A DNA stretch of 64,000 nucleotides. It comes from Convolutriloba macropyga. Its lineage: Eukaryota. The stretch lies in NCBI RefSeq assembly GCF_964194025.1, contig NC_134473.1:35960001-36024000 (forward strand), given 5' to 3'. Position numbers and translations under genes: made by a program. Shown in pieces: positions 38,601-52,450 of the stretch (its first letter is position 1; every line of letters begins with the position of its first letter). The notes beneath the pieces were generated by a model, which saw only the letters and a program-made list of their open reading frames with translations, did not search any database and was not told the origin of the DNA.

Positions 38601-41600
38601 GAGTAAGACCACCACTTTGTCATCTGTGAGTAATGTGAATGGCCTCCTTCAGGTGACTGAATTACAGCTGAAGAGCTCTTGTGGTAAAGATACCACGGCT
38701 TTAGTTTTGTGCGATACCGCTTGCAGTAACTCTTGGGTGTCCAATGACCTTGCAATGACTTGGTTTGCACGGTACAGCATTGAAACTAACAGTCAAGGGT
38801 ATAAATACCGAGGAAGTTATAGACACTAAGCTAGTTGAAGTAATTGTAACACCACGCGACAACCAAGCATTTGAACCATTTAAAGTCAGCCCTTACGTAA
38901 AAGAAAATTTGAATGTAGGCGCCGATGTCATCAACATTAAAGCATTTCAAGAAATATACCCGCACCTAGCACTTCTAGATCCGGTTACATATTGCTATAG
39001 AAACATCGAGATGATACTGGGATAGGATGTGTATCATGCCATCCGCCCGTTAGAGTACTTCGCTGCGGACGAGAAGTCCTCGCCCTTCGCTGTTCGCTTA
39101 CCCTTAGATTGGGTTCTAAGCGGCCCTCTACCGTCGTCTTCAGGTTTAGTCTCGACTTGTTCCAAAGCTAATATGGAGCAGGATTTTGAACTCGCTAGTC
39201 AGGTAAAATCTTGTTACGACATGGAGTCGTACGGCGCACTTAAGCAAGTAGACCCACGATCCGCCTCTGATGCACGTGCGCATGAAATTCTTGAAAACAT
39301 CACCGTGCATAATGGAAAAAGGTACGATGTCGGAATGCTATGGGCTGAAGAAAACATCGAACTGCCCAACAATTATTTCTCAGCGCTTGTTCAATTAAAG
39401 TCTTTGGAAAAGCGGCTCACGAAAGATCACACATTAAGGGAAAAATAATCGAATACCATCAAAGAGGACTTAGACAAAGGCTACGTAGTAAGGGTCAAAG
39501 ATGCTCATAAGGTGGAAAGTCGCTCGGAACGAGAGTGGTACCTACCACACCATCCGGTTGTTAACCCAAACAAGCCGGGCAAGGTTCGTAGGGTACTAAA
39601 CGGAGCAGCAAAATTCCATGGCGCATCTTTTAATAAGTCATTACTCACCGAACCTGACCTGCTGCAAAACCTAATCTATGTACTCCTACGGTTCAGACAA
39701 CATCCATTTGCCGTATCCGCCGACATCGAGGGAATGTTCCTCCAAGTTGGAGTGTTACCATGTGATCAACCATCATTGCGCTTTTTGTGGCGGGAGGACC
39801 CCACATCAAATGTTGTGGTACACCAGTATACGCGCCACATCTTTGGGGCAAAAGATTCGCCCACCTGCGCCAACTACGCACTTCAGCGCACGGCAAGTGA
39901 TAATGTTAAGGAGTACCCAGAAGCTGCGAAAGCCGTCCTTGAGAACTTCTACATGGACGATTACTTAGACTTAGCGGAATCCCCCGAGAGGGCCCTCATT
40001 AGGTCGAAGGAATTGGTACATCTTCTCCATTTAGGTGGGTTCAAGCTTACTAAGTTTGTAAGCAATGTACCAGATCTGGCTGACCAAGTTGATGGGTCTG
40101 CTCAATCCACTGAACCGAAGGTCATCGTTTCATCAAAAAAGGAATCAATGCACGTGCTTGGGCTTAAGTGGGATCACAACAACGATGCTTTGGTTGTGAG
40201 TAGGGGCACTAACAGCACCATCACGAAAAATTTAACACAGCACTTGGTCTTAAGTCTTGTGTCAAAGGTCTACGACCCAATTGGTCTTGTCGCACCTTTC
40301 ACTGTTGGTGCTCGGTTAATCTTGAAAGACATTTGGCGTGTCAATGGACAAAGTTGGGATGACGAGTTACCTAAGGACACAGTTGACAGATTCCTTGCCT
40401 GGTGTATTGAACTGCCGCGGTTAGCTGAGATCACTATACCGAGAAGTTACTTTTCAGGACCATTCCAACATCTTAAACTCCACATGTTTGGTGATAGCTC
40501 GCAAGACCTATTCAGTACAGTAGGTTTTCTTAGGGCTCAAGTAACTTTCCCCTCCGGGGAGATTATAACAGAGCTGGTGTTTGTCTTGGGCAAGGCCCGT
40601 GTTGCATCTATGAAGGTAATGACAGTTCCTAAGTTGGAATTACAAGCCGCTCTCCTCGCTGCCCGTTTAAAAGGGGAAATCTGTCGAGCATTAACGGTTA
40701 CTGTGGACAAAGTTTTTATGTGGACAGATAGTACCATCGTCTTGCAGTGGATAAACTCAACAAACAAACACCCCATCTTCATTGCAAATCGTGTTAGTGA
40801 AATCCTGGAGAACATTAGCGTTGACCAATGGAACCACGTTGCCACTTGTGATAATCCGCCAGATGCTGGCACGCGTGGCATGTCCGCTGAAGTTTTGCAA
40901 TCAAGTAGCTGGGTGAGGGGTCCTGACTTCCTGAGAACTAAGCAATTCCCTTTTGTACCAAATGCTGACGTCGTTGATAACATCAAGCTCGGCGTTGTAA
41001 CTAAGGAGCAAGATGATGACTCCATCTCATCTCTAGCCGCATCTGTAAACAAGCTTCCTAAGGAACAAAGCATTAATCTAATCGCGTTTGATTAGTTTAG
41101 TTCTCATCAAAAATTACTTCGTGTCACCGCATATGTGCTCCGTCTTTTACCATCTCATGAAAGTTACCGTAACGTAGACGGCAGCATAGCCGACCCTGTT
41201 GAGCTTGACGAAGCCGAGCGTCATCTCCAGTACTTGGTTCAGGGAGAGTCCTTTAATACTGAAAGAAAGGATCTTCTTGACAACAAATCCGTTAAGAAGA
41301 GCAGCCGCATTGCTCAGTTCACTCCGTTTATTGGGCCTCATGGTCTCATCAGTTCTTCTGGTCGACTTCGACAGCTAGGGGAAATTAACTTTGACACTAA
41401 GCATCCTATCGTGCTGGATGCGCGTCATACTTTTGTTAAACTGTTTCTGCGGCATACTCATTTGAAGAACCATCATCAGGGCATCGATTACTTAAGGTCA
41501 AAGGTACAGGAACGTTACGCCATCCTAAAACTACGTTCCACACTGCGTTCCATCAAATCAAACTGCGTCTTGTGTAGAAAGTTCCGTGCAGCAACCATCC

Positions 41601-42566
41601 AACCTATCATGGTAGACCTCCCAAAGGAGAGACTCGCATACCAGTCTCCTCCTTTTACCAACACCGGGGTTGATTACTTCGGCCCATTCTACGTCACAGT
41701 TCGTCGGACTACCGAGAAGAGGTGGGGATTTCTTTTCACTTGTCTCACTACTCGTACTGTCCATGTTGAAGTCGCCCCGTCCATGGACACTGGTTCCTGT
41801 GTAATGGGAGTGGAGCGGTTCGTCTCCCGTCGGGATACTCCTGCTATGATTTGGTCGGATAATGGTATGAACTTCATTGGAGCGGAGAAAGAGCTCCGTG
41901 AATGTATGGAAAAATGGAATACGCTTAACATCGCTGCCGAACTTGCACATAAGGGCATTAAGTGGAGGTTCAATCCAACCAGCGCGCCACACCATCGGGG
42001 AGAGGTTAGTTCGTAGTTTTAGGAGAGTACTGTACACTATCCTCGGTACGCGTCGCTTCACAGATGAGTTGTTGAACACTACTTTTTGTCTGGTCGAATA
42101 CGCACTAGACACACGTCCCTTAACGCCCGTAAGCGCCGACCCGTCCGACCTAGGCGCAAAAACACCTTATCATTTTCTACTCGGTAACCAAGCAACCAGA
42201 ATTCCGTCCATCGTTGGCGTCGACGAGTTTGATCATCGTAAGCGGTACGCCCGTGCACAGTCATACGCCATTGCAATTTGGGCACGTTGGCTCAAGGAGT
42301 ATGTACCTGCACTGAACCGTAGATCTAAGTGGCAGACGCCTGCCGAGCAGCACCTCAAGGTCGGTGATTTAGTTTGGATCGTTGAAGAAAGCAACCCTAG
42401 GGGTTACTATCCAACTACTCGGATTGAAGAACTTCGATACGGTTCCGACAGCGTCGCCCGCTCCGCCGTCTTACGCACGTCATCCGGACCGCTCGTCCGC
42501 CCACTCGTTAAGCTTGTACCAATCCTCCCAACATTTTCTTCCGGGCCGGAGAATGTTACCGAGTAA
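35670..42566 (+). pseudogene. BEL/Pao gag-pol polyprotein, interrupted (stops at ~36981, 39023, 39446, 41093; frameshifts near 37625, 38757, 41995)
   Basis: Coiled-coil and proline-rich N-terminus; YNGDPLQWHEWFGQF (BEL gag core); three Cys/His knuckles (CIVCKGNHRIWEC, CFSC...H, CRKDGCNSSHNTLLH); protease LCDTACSNS; RT YLPHHPV, ADIEGMF, NFYMDD; RNase H FGDSS, VPKLELQAA, WTDS; integrase GVDYFGP, SDNG; C-terminal LKVGDLVWI. Confidence 0.95.
35988..36165 (+). repeat. Exact in-frame 90-bp (30-aa) tandem duplication in gag
   Basis: DKETADLYTSHHSRLGSHMTSSKRSSQRQ occurs twice, starting at 35988 and 36078. Confidence 0.95.
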
Positions 42567-42879
42567 ATTGAATTGTATAAATTATATCACTAGATAGAGA
42601 ATTTTTGTGCGCATTATATCAAAACTTTCGCTTAGATTTTCCGTTTTAAAAGCAACATACGTATTATTTCTGAGAAATACAAAGGCCGATTTCCCACTAA
42701 GAATAACTTCCAAAATGGCTCAAAACTGATCGCTTAGCCTAACAAATTCGGTTTTTTGAACAGATTAGTTTAAATCGGTGACCTAGACTAAGACCTGCTA
42801 AAAAAGATCAAGCTCGATTTGCCTCCAAGTAAACGATGCTTATTGCCTTGACGTTTCGATATACAGTTGACTATAGACT

Positions 42880-42932
<53 letters not shown>

Positions 42933-42973
42933 GATGAATTGAATTTACGAAAGACTGCCTTTTGTCAGCTTTA
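42554..42973 (+). repeat. 3' LTR of BEL element 1 (420 bp, (TA)n at ~42883-42929)
   Basis: Matches the 5' LTR; the pol frame ends 13 nt inside it. Confidence 0.95.
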
Positions 42974-44276
42974 AGAAGAATTTTGTTATGGTGATTTTGA
43001 GTCTTGAGTCTTCATTTAAACTCCATTTTGGTGTATCAGTGTAACAAATCGGTCTAGAGCTTAATGCCGCCAATTTTATTTTATTTTACCTTTTTTCTCA
43101 AGTCTTCACTGATATCTGCAATTCGCAAACGCAGAAAAAAGAAGTCGGCTAAAATTTCATGCAACAAAGATTTTTGTCCGGTTCCCTACATTTCCTTATG
43201 CGTAAAATTTTTCATCTACACTATTTTTTCCGTGGCAGCGGAAATTTGACAGATACTCATTTCCTATTCCCCACAGCAGGTACCATAAGCTACATGACCA
43301 TTTGAAAATTTACAAAATTATATGTCAAATTGTTTTCAATTACATCAGCCATAAAATGTGGTGTACCACTATACAAAACCTGATAAAATTTGTTAATTGT
43401 TATAAAGGTCTTAATTATTTGAAAGAATGTAAATCAGGTGTCTTGTGTTCGTTGAAATTCAGCTATTGTAAATCATATTATTTTGCACTTGTTTTATTGA
43501 TTGGCAGGAATGTCTGATCGGTAGAATATAGCTGGATTTTGCTCAAGGAGAAAAAACATAATATCATAACAATTCATAATTTTTTTATCCAGGTTGTGTT
43601 TGGTTTTCAAATTAGAAAAAATTTTTCATCTTGCCGATTTTAAGATTTTACTTTTTCATTAATTGTTCATAGTTTTCGCAGACACAAGGCTTATTTTTGA
43701 CTTTATATTCTACTCAAAGCGGTATCGGTAATGCATATTGAACCACAGAATCAGCTTCAAGGTGGAACGGCAGTCAAAGAAGTTAATTTTTTGCATCCGA
43801 AATAAATGAGCTGGCTTTGCCCAACTTTATGAAGAAGAGAGATCTGTCAAAAGAGTTTTATACTTTTTAACTGGTTAATCCGTTTGTTATCCGTATTCTA
43901 AAGTTTTATTAAAGATGAACTTAGTGCAAAAAGTCTCTTTTATTCTGTTTTCTGACCAACAATAAATTGATGCAGCTTATTGAATGGCTTTTAAATAATA
44001 AATTCAGTTGCTATTATTTACAGTTGGTAATTACAAAGAAGTTAAAATAAATCAGCAGGTTCCATTGATGAATCGTTACACTCGGTATTTACAAAGAATT
44101 TAAAATAATTCAGCAGGTTTCATAGGTTACACTGATGAAGCTTCACAAATAATTACAAGATTAGAGTCAAACACAACAATGGGGCTTTATACAACAATTA
44201 GGTTTTTAATAAATTCAAAAGGAGGTATTTACAAATGCTAACTGTACATTATGAAAGTAGCTTAATCGAAACAACA

Positions 44277-47200
44277 TTACAGATTGAATAAAAAGTTTAA
44301 ATAGTTTTTAGTTTGCTCAGGAGCTTCTTGCCATGATCCGTTTAAAACACTTGCATTAAATCGTAGAGTTTCGACTCTCATATGGACAATTATCTCAAGC
44401 CAGTTTGTCAATTGTAATAAAGTTCTTGCTGCATCTAATTTTTCGCATTCAAAAACCAGGTGTTCAGATGTTTCAAATTTATTTTCACAGAAACTGCAAA
44501 TCGGCGGGTCAGAGAAATTTTTCAGCCATCTTACTTGTTTGTCAACAAGACAGTTGAATGCTAGTCGATACAACAAATTTTGCTGTTGAAGTAAGAGCTT
44601 GTTTATTTTCCAAATATCTCCACAAAAGTGGGTTAATTCTTTGGTTGAACAATTGTATTTAGTGACAGCTTTGCGTAAACGATTTTCAATGAAACTGAAG
44701 GGGAAAATTTCATTGATTATGTAGCATTAGATTTCTTTTGTTTTCATGTGATCATGCAACCTGAGCGAGGATTCTCTGTTGTTTTTGATTAGAAGTAGAA
44801 CTTTCTCGTTCTGGACAACTTTAAGCTTTAAAGAGTTTATTAAAATGGATAGTTCCTTCGAAAAGGTGATCGAGTTCTCGTCAGATGAATTAAATTCGTC
44901 AAAAAGTTTTGCAGAAACAATTTTTGAAATAATGTGTGGAAGGGAGATCCCGCCTCTAGCTGATGACTGGTATAGGACTTCGCTTCTAATTTCCTTTCTC
45001 TATCCCGCTTTCAAAAGGCTGTTAACGAGGTTCTGCATAATTCTCAAGCTTTTCATGGTCGTATCTGTGTGTCGAGCATAGTAAAGGAAGTTTGGAAAAA
45101 TGAATGTTTCGATATTATTTTTCTTGGCTTTCAGTGTTTTCGCTCGAGAATTAAAACGACTGTAGATGGCTATTTGTGTTTTCAGGAGACTAAGAAATTT
45201 CGGATGAGAGTTGTCAGCGTAGAGTACTATACCAAGGATTTTTGTTGATCGCACAGTTTTATGAAAGGGAATATTGTTAGTAGATAGGATTTCGCTCTTT
45301 TTTACATTAATTTCTAGCTGGGTTTGATCACAAAGATCTTTCACAGTATCAAAGAGCGCTTCAATCGATGATTTATGAACTAGACATGTAATGTCATCAG
45401 CATATGCAACAGTTTTGGCCTTTACGAAACCTTTGTTGTGAATTGAGTTGTCAACGGAACAAAGTAACGGCTCAATAGCAAGAATAAAAAGCAAAGCTGA
45501 TAGAGGACACCCCTGTCTTACTCCACGTTCGAGAACAATTGTCTGGGAGAGGTAGCCGTTGATTTCAATAATTGCTTTGGTTTGCTTATATATTGTTCTG
45601 ATTGCAGATTTTGTAATATTATCTACACCTACTCTATCGAGAAGAGCGAATATATAATTCCTATCTACTTTGTCGAAAGCTTTTGAGAAGTCTAGATTTA
45701 CGATGCATTTACTGTTATTCATTTGTTTGTGGGCTTTGTGTACCTTCATCAGTGCTGTATTAATTTGTCGTTTGTTTAGGTAGGCGTGTTGATGTTGACC
45801 AATTACTTCTTCGAGGTTTTTGATTAGTCTGTTAGCCAAGACATGCGACAGAATTTATAAATCAGTGTTCAGCTGGCTTATGGGTCTGAACTCGTCTACT
45901 GTTCTGGGGTTTTCGGTTTTTGCAAGGAGGTTCAATATTGCAATTTGCTGGTTGTCTGAAAGTCTATTGGTGTTCACTACATTGTTGAAAACTTTTTTCA
46001 ATATGGGAGCCATTTCTCGTTTAAACACTTTATAAAAATTAGAAGTAATACCGTCTGATCCTGGTGAACTATCTGCGTTTAGTTTGTCGATTGCTTTCTT
46101 CACTTCGTCTAAGGTGATTTCGTTTTCTGTTGTCATTTCAGTTTCTTGCTCCTGCAGTTGATCAAGCAAGCTTTCAAATGACGATTTCTTTTTACTTTTA
46201 TACAGTTTTGAGAAATGATTTTCAAAAATTTTAATTATCTCTTCTTGATTACTTGTTACACTGTCACTAACTTTCAATGACGTAATACTATTTGTGCTGT
46301 TTTTAGTTTTCGACCATGTTTTGAGATCTCTGGCATTACCAATTTCACAGGGTTGCATCAATTTTTTAAAATGTTTAAAGCTCAGTCGTTGTTTGTTGTT
46401 CTCGTGCTCGTTGATTAGGGATATTGTTGCATTGTATCGATTTAAAATGGTTTGGTCTCATTTACCTTGCTGAATTTTATCTCTTAGTTCCTTTTCTTCA
46501 CTTAAGCTGCCTTTCATCTTTGAACTTATCACTCGGGATTTGTTTATCGCTAAGGCTTGGCATACATCACGTATATGACGCATCAACTCTTCATATGTGT
46601 CCTCAATCGGATAAAGATCACCAAATTGTTTCAGTTCTTCTCTGATATAGTTTTTATTTTAAACGAGTATAGTGTCATTCAATTTCCAAAAGCTCTGACC
46701 ACGTTCGTTTTCTTCAATTTTGTTGCTTAGCTCCAAAAGCATGTGATCTGAGAGATTATCTCTAAGTATTTTCTTGTTACTGTAATTGAGATGATTAGTA
46801 AAGAAATGATCTATGCGCGCGAAAGATGATGTTCTTTTATCATAGTGTGTGAAGTCTTGGACGTCTAGTTCAACTGCTATATCAAAAAGGAGCGCTTTTT
46901 CGATGACCGGCTTTAGCTTAGCGAATCTCTTTATTCTGCCATCTTCACTTCTCAGAGCATTTGAGGTGTTTCTTGGATCATGGTTAAAAGCATTGAAATC
47001 TCCTGCTAAAACTACAAATCTTCCAGGTTCAATTTTAGTGAGGCTTGAATTTAATTGTCTGAGCTTTGTTGTGTAATCGTTTGGATTTAAATACGTATTG
47101 ATTAAGACAAAGTTTAAATTTGGAAACGTTACTGCTGAATGATCTCTTGATTGAAATCTTTGTTCGTTGGTCTTGATTTCTTCGCTCCAAATTGTTATTA

Positions 47201-47408
47201 AACCGCCACTGCAGTTTATTGCCGGTACTAGACGGTTGCTGAATTTGTACTGTTCAAGAATTGCTTCATGTGAATGAGGTAGAGCGAGGATTTTCGTTTC
47301 TTGAACACATAGAAAACAATAAGTTCCTCGAGCTAGATGGTAGCACTTTTCAATTATTGAGAAGAACTTTTTCGGGCACCTAATGCCACAGGAATTCAAG
47401 CTGAACAT
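44277..47408 (-). pseudogene. LINE ORF2 (APE endonuclease, RT, C-terminal zinc knuckle), with frameshifts and stops
   Basis: SLNSCGI, CVQET, LAGDFN, RIDHFF, SDH, GQSFWKLN; SPGSDG, FRPISQLNTD, LDFSKAFDKV, GVRQGCPLSALLF, YADD; CSFCENKFETSEHLVFEC. Confidence 0.92.
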
Positions 47409-47497
47409 TTTATGCTCAATCGTTTGCTATTGTTGTTCAATTCGTTTTTCTTTCTACGCCATTCAGTGTTAAGAAAATGTCTTGGTATTTCAGAGCT

Positions 47498-48696
47498 CTA
47501 ATGCTTTCGTTGATGGTTCTGTGTTTGTTTGTTGATGGTTCTGTATTGTTTCAAAACAACACCTTTGAGAGGCTCAACATTTGATAAATTAAGCCTTTTT
47601 GGAGAGTTTGATTTCATAATGTCGTTGCTTTGTTTTTCAATTGAAATTTGGTTAGACAAAGAATCACTTTGTTCTGTGGTTTTTGTGCCTTCTGTTGCTT
47701 TGGTACGCATTTCAGGGCTTTCTGTTGACCCGCTGCAAATTTCTTCTACAAACATTTCTTGAATTTCTTCCTCGTCTATAGTTAGATTGCCAAATGAGTC
47801 TTGATCAACAGTTTCTTGTTCCTGAGTGTTGTCAGTATTTCTTTCTTGTGTTTTCAGATGGATTTTTTGCTGTTCTGTGCTTACATTTTGACGGTTTTGC
47901 ATTTTAACTTTGTGCATTTCTTTTTGACATAGGAAACATCAGTTTTTATGGTGTCCAATATATTGGCGGCTGTTTTCTTCGCAAAAACTACAGCTATGAA
48001 GCGCGGGAACATGGAATTTGATTTCTAGGCCATTCCAGTCTTTGAACTCGGCGATTTTGTTCCGATAGGACCATTTTCTTAGCTTCTCCTCTTCGTTAGC
48101 ATTGTGGACAGTAACACCTAAAGTTGCATATCCGTCGAAAATAAAGTCCCCATCAATATTTATTTTCATGCGACTGTTTGTCGGGGAGTGCTCTATTCCT
48201 TCTGGGAGTTCGATCAATTTAAGAGTTTCGGTATCCGAGCAAACGTAAGGAAGTTTTACAAATTTAATGTTGTATCTTCTGGGGTAGAAACTTCTTTCTT
48301 TGTTGAGGATATGCTTTCCCATTGGAAATACAGTTTTGCCTAGTAATTTGAGGCCTCGTAATCTGATCGAATGATATTGCGTTCTAACAGTTGGAGGAGA
48401 AGTAACCGTCAGTGTGTGCAGTGTTTTGTCTCGTACTTGCGCGAATGTTTAGCTAATGGTTATTTGAGATCGTACTTCTTGTGGGAACTCTTTCAGAATA
48501 GATTTCGCACATTGAATGTAAGCATCGTTCAAAGCTCCTGTGTTTGCAAGCATCGATTTAGTAAATGGAGGAATAATTTGCATGATTTGGAAGTCGTTGG
48601 AAGCTGTTACTTTTGAAAGGCCGCTTTGGATCGCAGCGGAATACATGTTTCGCTTGCGGTTGGGGCTACTATTGAAGGGAAAGTGTTCTCCCCCAT
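47498..48696 (-). pseudogene. LINE ORF1, disrupted, with Cys/His knuckle and low-complexity tail
   Basis: Fragments 48449-48646, 47939-48322 (IKFVKLPY...CSFC....GHHKN*C) and 47498-47917 lie upstream of ORF2 and inside the TSD. Confidence 0.7.
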
Positions 48697-51599
48697 TGGG
48701 GAAAACAACTTAGAAACTTGTAAACGAATAAAAGGGAGATCTCTAACTTAAACGACTTAAAAAGCTAGAGCTGATGAGGCGTGTATTTAAAAGAACTTTT
48801 AAAGAGTTAGGGCTAAGAGCAAAAAAAGGTAAGAGAAAAGTCAGGATTTTAAATCTTAAGCAACTTTTAGTGAAAAATCTCTTTTTAAAAAAGACTCACT
48901 CCCAAAGGACGTTCCTGCACAAAGTGGAGTACTTGCTTGTGGCTTTCCTATCACACTTTGAGGTACTGATGCGAAAGTGACATTAATAGCGTTTTAATCA
49001 TCATGGACAACAATTAGGCTTATTGAATGGCTACAATCTCAAACAAAAGCTAGCATCCTCGAACGCTTTTATTCATTCTCGGATTTCTGGATACATATTA
49101 ATGCCAAACTCATATTAATGCCAAAAAGCTGGCTACTTTTTTCTCACCCAATCTCCAAACAAACAATTTCTGTTGGCTAATTGGATAGCTTTCACAACTA
49201 TTGGTTCAGTTAAAACCAACACATAACTGAAAAATTTTTTGAAATTTGTAAATAAATTAGGAAAACGTTTAGTTGAGCAAAAGTGGGTTAATAAAAAATG
49301 GTGCAGTATATAACAACTTTTCTGTTTATAGTACTCTAACAGAAAAATATATTACAGATCTTAATAAAAAACACTTAATCAAAAAACAACAGTTGCCTTG
49401 GACTTTTGGGTCTTGCCAAATATATTTAAAATCTGTTTGGAGTCCCAAAGGATAGTCAGAGGATAGTCAATTCGGCTCAAAATTTTAATTTGTCCTTTTG
49501 TGTGCAACCGGGAGCGTCCTTTGCCTTCCAGGAACAAACCGCCAGACAAGTCAGTCAGTCCGATAAATATGTTTTCGGTTCACTAATGTGTCTGTTGGTC
49601 TCCAGGTGTGTCGGCTCTGTTATGCTGGTGACATATAAAACTTGCAAAGACTTCAGTTATTGTTTTTAAACGTGACAATACGACAATTTGCTACAATTTC
49701 GTTATTTAGTGCTATAATATAGGCTAGGAGAATGCACTACAATTGCTATATTGCAATTTAATTAGGAGTTTGCACCGCTTTTTACCACTTTGCTTAGTCT
49801 TTTAATTCCCCTCTGAGAATGCAATTAGAGATTTCGTCGCAAATGACAGACTTAGTACTACAGTGGAATTGAAGGAATTGAAGAGCACGTGATCAAGAAT
49901 AGAATTAGCAATTGAATTGAAGAGTGGAAGTTATAGAGAATAAAATTAAATACAAATTAATTCAAAATCAGAAGCTGTGTGATCACGAACTGATCACGCA
50001 ACACAACGGAAGTGGTAACTTTGTCTAAAATGTCAAGAGACAGTATCCTCCCTATGAATATGAACAACTTAAAGTTAGGAACTAAAATTTATGATCAAAG
50101 TACAAACTGCAACGAAGATTAAATTAAACTAAATACGATATGACAATGATGTCATGACAATTTAAATTATAAAATTACATAGTACCCCCTTTTTTAAACT
50201 GGGTCTTTCAGGTTTTCTGACGTTCCAAACCCCAGAAAACGACGAATTCGTACGCGTAAAAACGAGCTTACTAAATCCGCCAAATATGCAGACAATTTCG
50301 TGCATTAAATTTGAATATACCGAACATTTCTTTTTTGTCTGATTTTTTTGGTCGCCTTGACGTTGGAAGCTGAAATCGAACAAGTATGGAAAGGATATTT
50401 TCCGCTTAAAACACTAAAGCTGGAATTTGAGCTGAAATTTGCATCAATATCCTGATTTACATTCTTGCAGAATTTTTTATACCCCAAGTTGAGAATTAAC
50501 TCAACATAAACAATAAATCAATACAATATATAACGTAAAATGTAATTGACACGAAAATAGCAACAATTATTACGACTTCTGGTCGATTTAGTTTAGCAAC
50601 ATTAAACTTCACATCATTTCGGAATCAAAAATGCGCTAGTATTTGACCTCGAATGGAATGTAGAACATAACAAAATTTCATGAGTGGATAACGCCAGTAA
50701 GTTAGATAGTTTAGGTCAACTTAGACAAGTTAATTAGGTGTTCGAAATAAGCGTTCTTTCTTGAATGGTTATTGTTTCGTAGGCGCCAGAGAGGGAGTTG
50801 GGTGATATATCTTAAACAAACAAATTGATGAACAAAAGCATGTGAGCTGTCGATATATTTCGTTTAATTAGCAAAGTTGTGTTTGTGCATCAGACCAAAG
50901 TCAAAATGAGTGATTTGACTTTAGAAGAAAACTAGAGAGCGAACATTTGAAGTGAACTAGATACTTTGAACAGATTTGGAATTTCATTTTGAAGTAACTA
51001 AAAGTGTGATTTCGAATTTGTAAAATAATTAGCACCCCAAAACCCGATACACTCGAACACTTTAAATTATATTCATCATTGGACTCTGAAAGTTTGTGAC
51101 GAGGTTCCCCTAGTGATTGTTCAACTATAGTATGGATGCGCGGCCGGGTAAACTTTTTCCGATCTGATTTGTTAGCACGGGAAGTGGTGTTATTCAATAG
51201 TTTCTGGATGAAATAACGGTATAAAGCAGTCGTACTCGCATGTACTTTGTGCAAAAATCTATCCGGTGATCATGGGAATAGTTTAGAAGGTTGTGGGAGA
51301 AATTTGTTGACTTAAAGTAAATAAAAAGGCAATTTATCAGTTTTCCAAATACCCTCCTGTAAAAATTTGTCCGACCCCCCCCCCTGGGATGGGAAGGAGT
51401 TATTGGTTGATAACTGGTCAATGACGGGAGGCACCCCTAATGGTCTTCTATTGCAAGTATAATTTTCAGGCCGCCCAATCTCTAGCTATTAACACCGCAA
51501 GTAGTGTGATTTGAAGGTTGTTAGGTATTTTACTGTGAAAAATGACTGTTTGAGTATGACATAAAGCTAGTTAAGGGTTGAAATGGGTATCAAGTCTAG

Positions 51600-52450
51600 A
51601 GTAATGTATCAGATGATCTCGGGATGGGTTTACGATGTAAAATGGCAATTTTTGCGAATATTGGTAATTATCACAGGAATGTAGTTAGCACCTAAATTGA
51701 AATTGTATTTTCTCAAAAAGTTGAAGTCGGATTGACCTGAAAATTGGGGGATAGACTAATTTGGGTACGAGGAATCCGATTTTAATGTCAGATCTGACCC
51801 CACACCACCCTGCACGGAACTAGCGCACGCCCGTGATGCGTAAGGTAAAATTTGAATTGCTCGTGGAGTATTGGTAGTAGCCGTATGATTTTTGGAGGGT
51901 TAGTGTAACTTTTCAAGGGCTATCGATTGGTGATATTTTCAAACCCATATTCCGACCGGAAGTCGGTGCTTCGGGATAAACCGAGTGCCAAATATCCGAA
52001 ATTGGCTTTTTGAGCGGCTGAATGACTTTGAAACGATTTTAATATAATAACCTGAGACAGTTAGTGACAAAAAATAACCACCCAGGTCAGTTTTGACGAG
52101 TCGGATTTTTCGGGTTTTTGTGGACACGACTCGTTAAAAATTTTCAAATTGCAAACGACTCGCAACAGCTGATCCGTTGGTTACGAAACTTGGCAGGCAA
52201 GTAGGTGGCACCCTATAGTTACTATAAAATCTTACCCGAAGACGTTTTTACCACTACTTCGCAAGTTATTAAGTTTGGAAAATTGGGGTCATCCGGGAGG
52301 TCGATGAAAATTGTGCGCGGTCATTGCTCGTGTTCTATTAAGAGTGAGGTGATGAAATTTTGTGAGTAGGTGCAACCATGAGCGAATTTTCTGTGACAAT
52401 GGTTAGTTTCCTTTGGATGACCCCTAGAGGTCAAATTGTGGGTTTTTAGG
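51600..52450. repeat. Probable non-autonomous DNA-element (Helentron/HINE-like) remnant
   Basis: Recurring modules of the form cggat....gaaa(c/t)ttgg..g.tag at ~51730, ~52170 and ~52345, a style common in such elements. Termini not identified. Confidence 0.3.

Larger units (their letters stand above)
32321..42973 (+). mobile_element. Full-length BEL/Pao LTR retrotransposon (element 1) with 5-bp TSD AGAAG
   Basis: Two LTRs (32321-32768 and 42554-42973); AGAAG at 32316-32320 and 42974-42978; BEL-type gag-pol; purine-rich tract gggccggagaa immediately before the 3' LTR. Confidence 0.95.
43990..49017 (-). mobile_element. Full-length L1/Tx1-clade LINE (~5.0 kb) with 15-bp TSD GCTTATTGAATGGCT
   Basis: TSD at 43975-43989 and 49018-49032; ORF1 then ORF2 (APE-RT-CCHC) on the minus strand. 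Confidence 0.9.

Noticed and set aside
40537-42112. Antisense ORFs of 178 and 184 aa
   Set aside because: Shadows of the BEL pol reading frame with no independent motifs.
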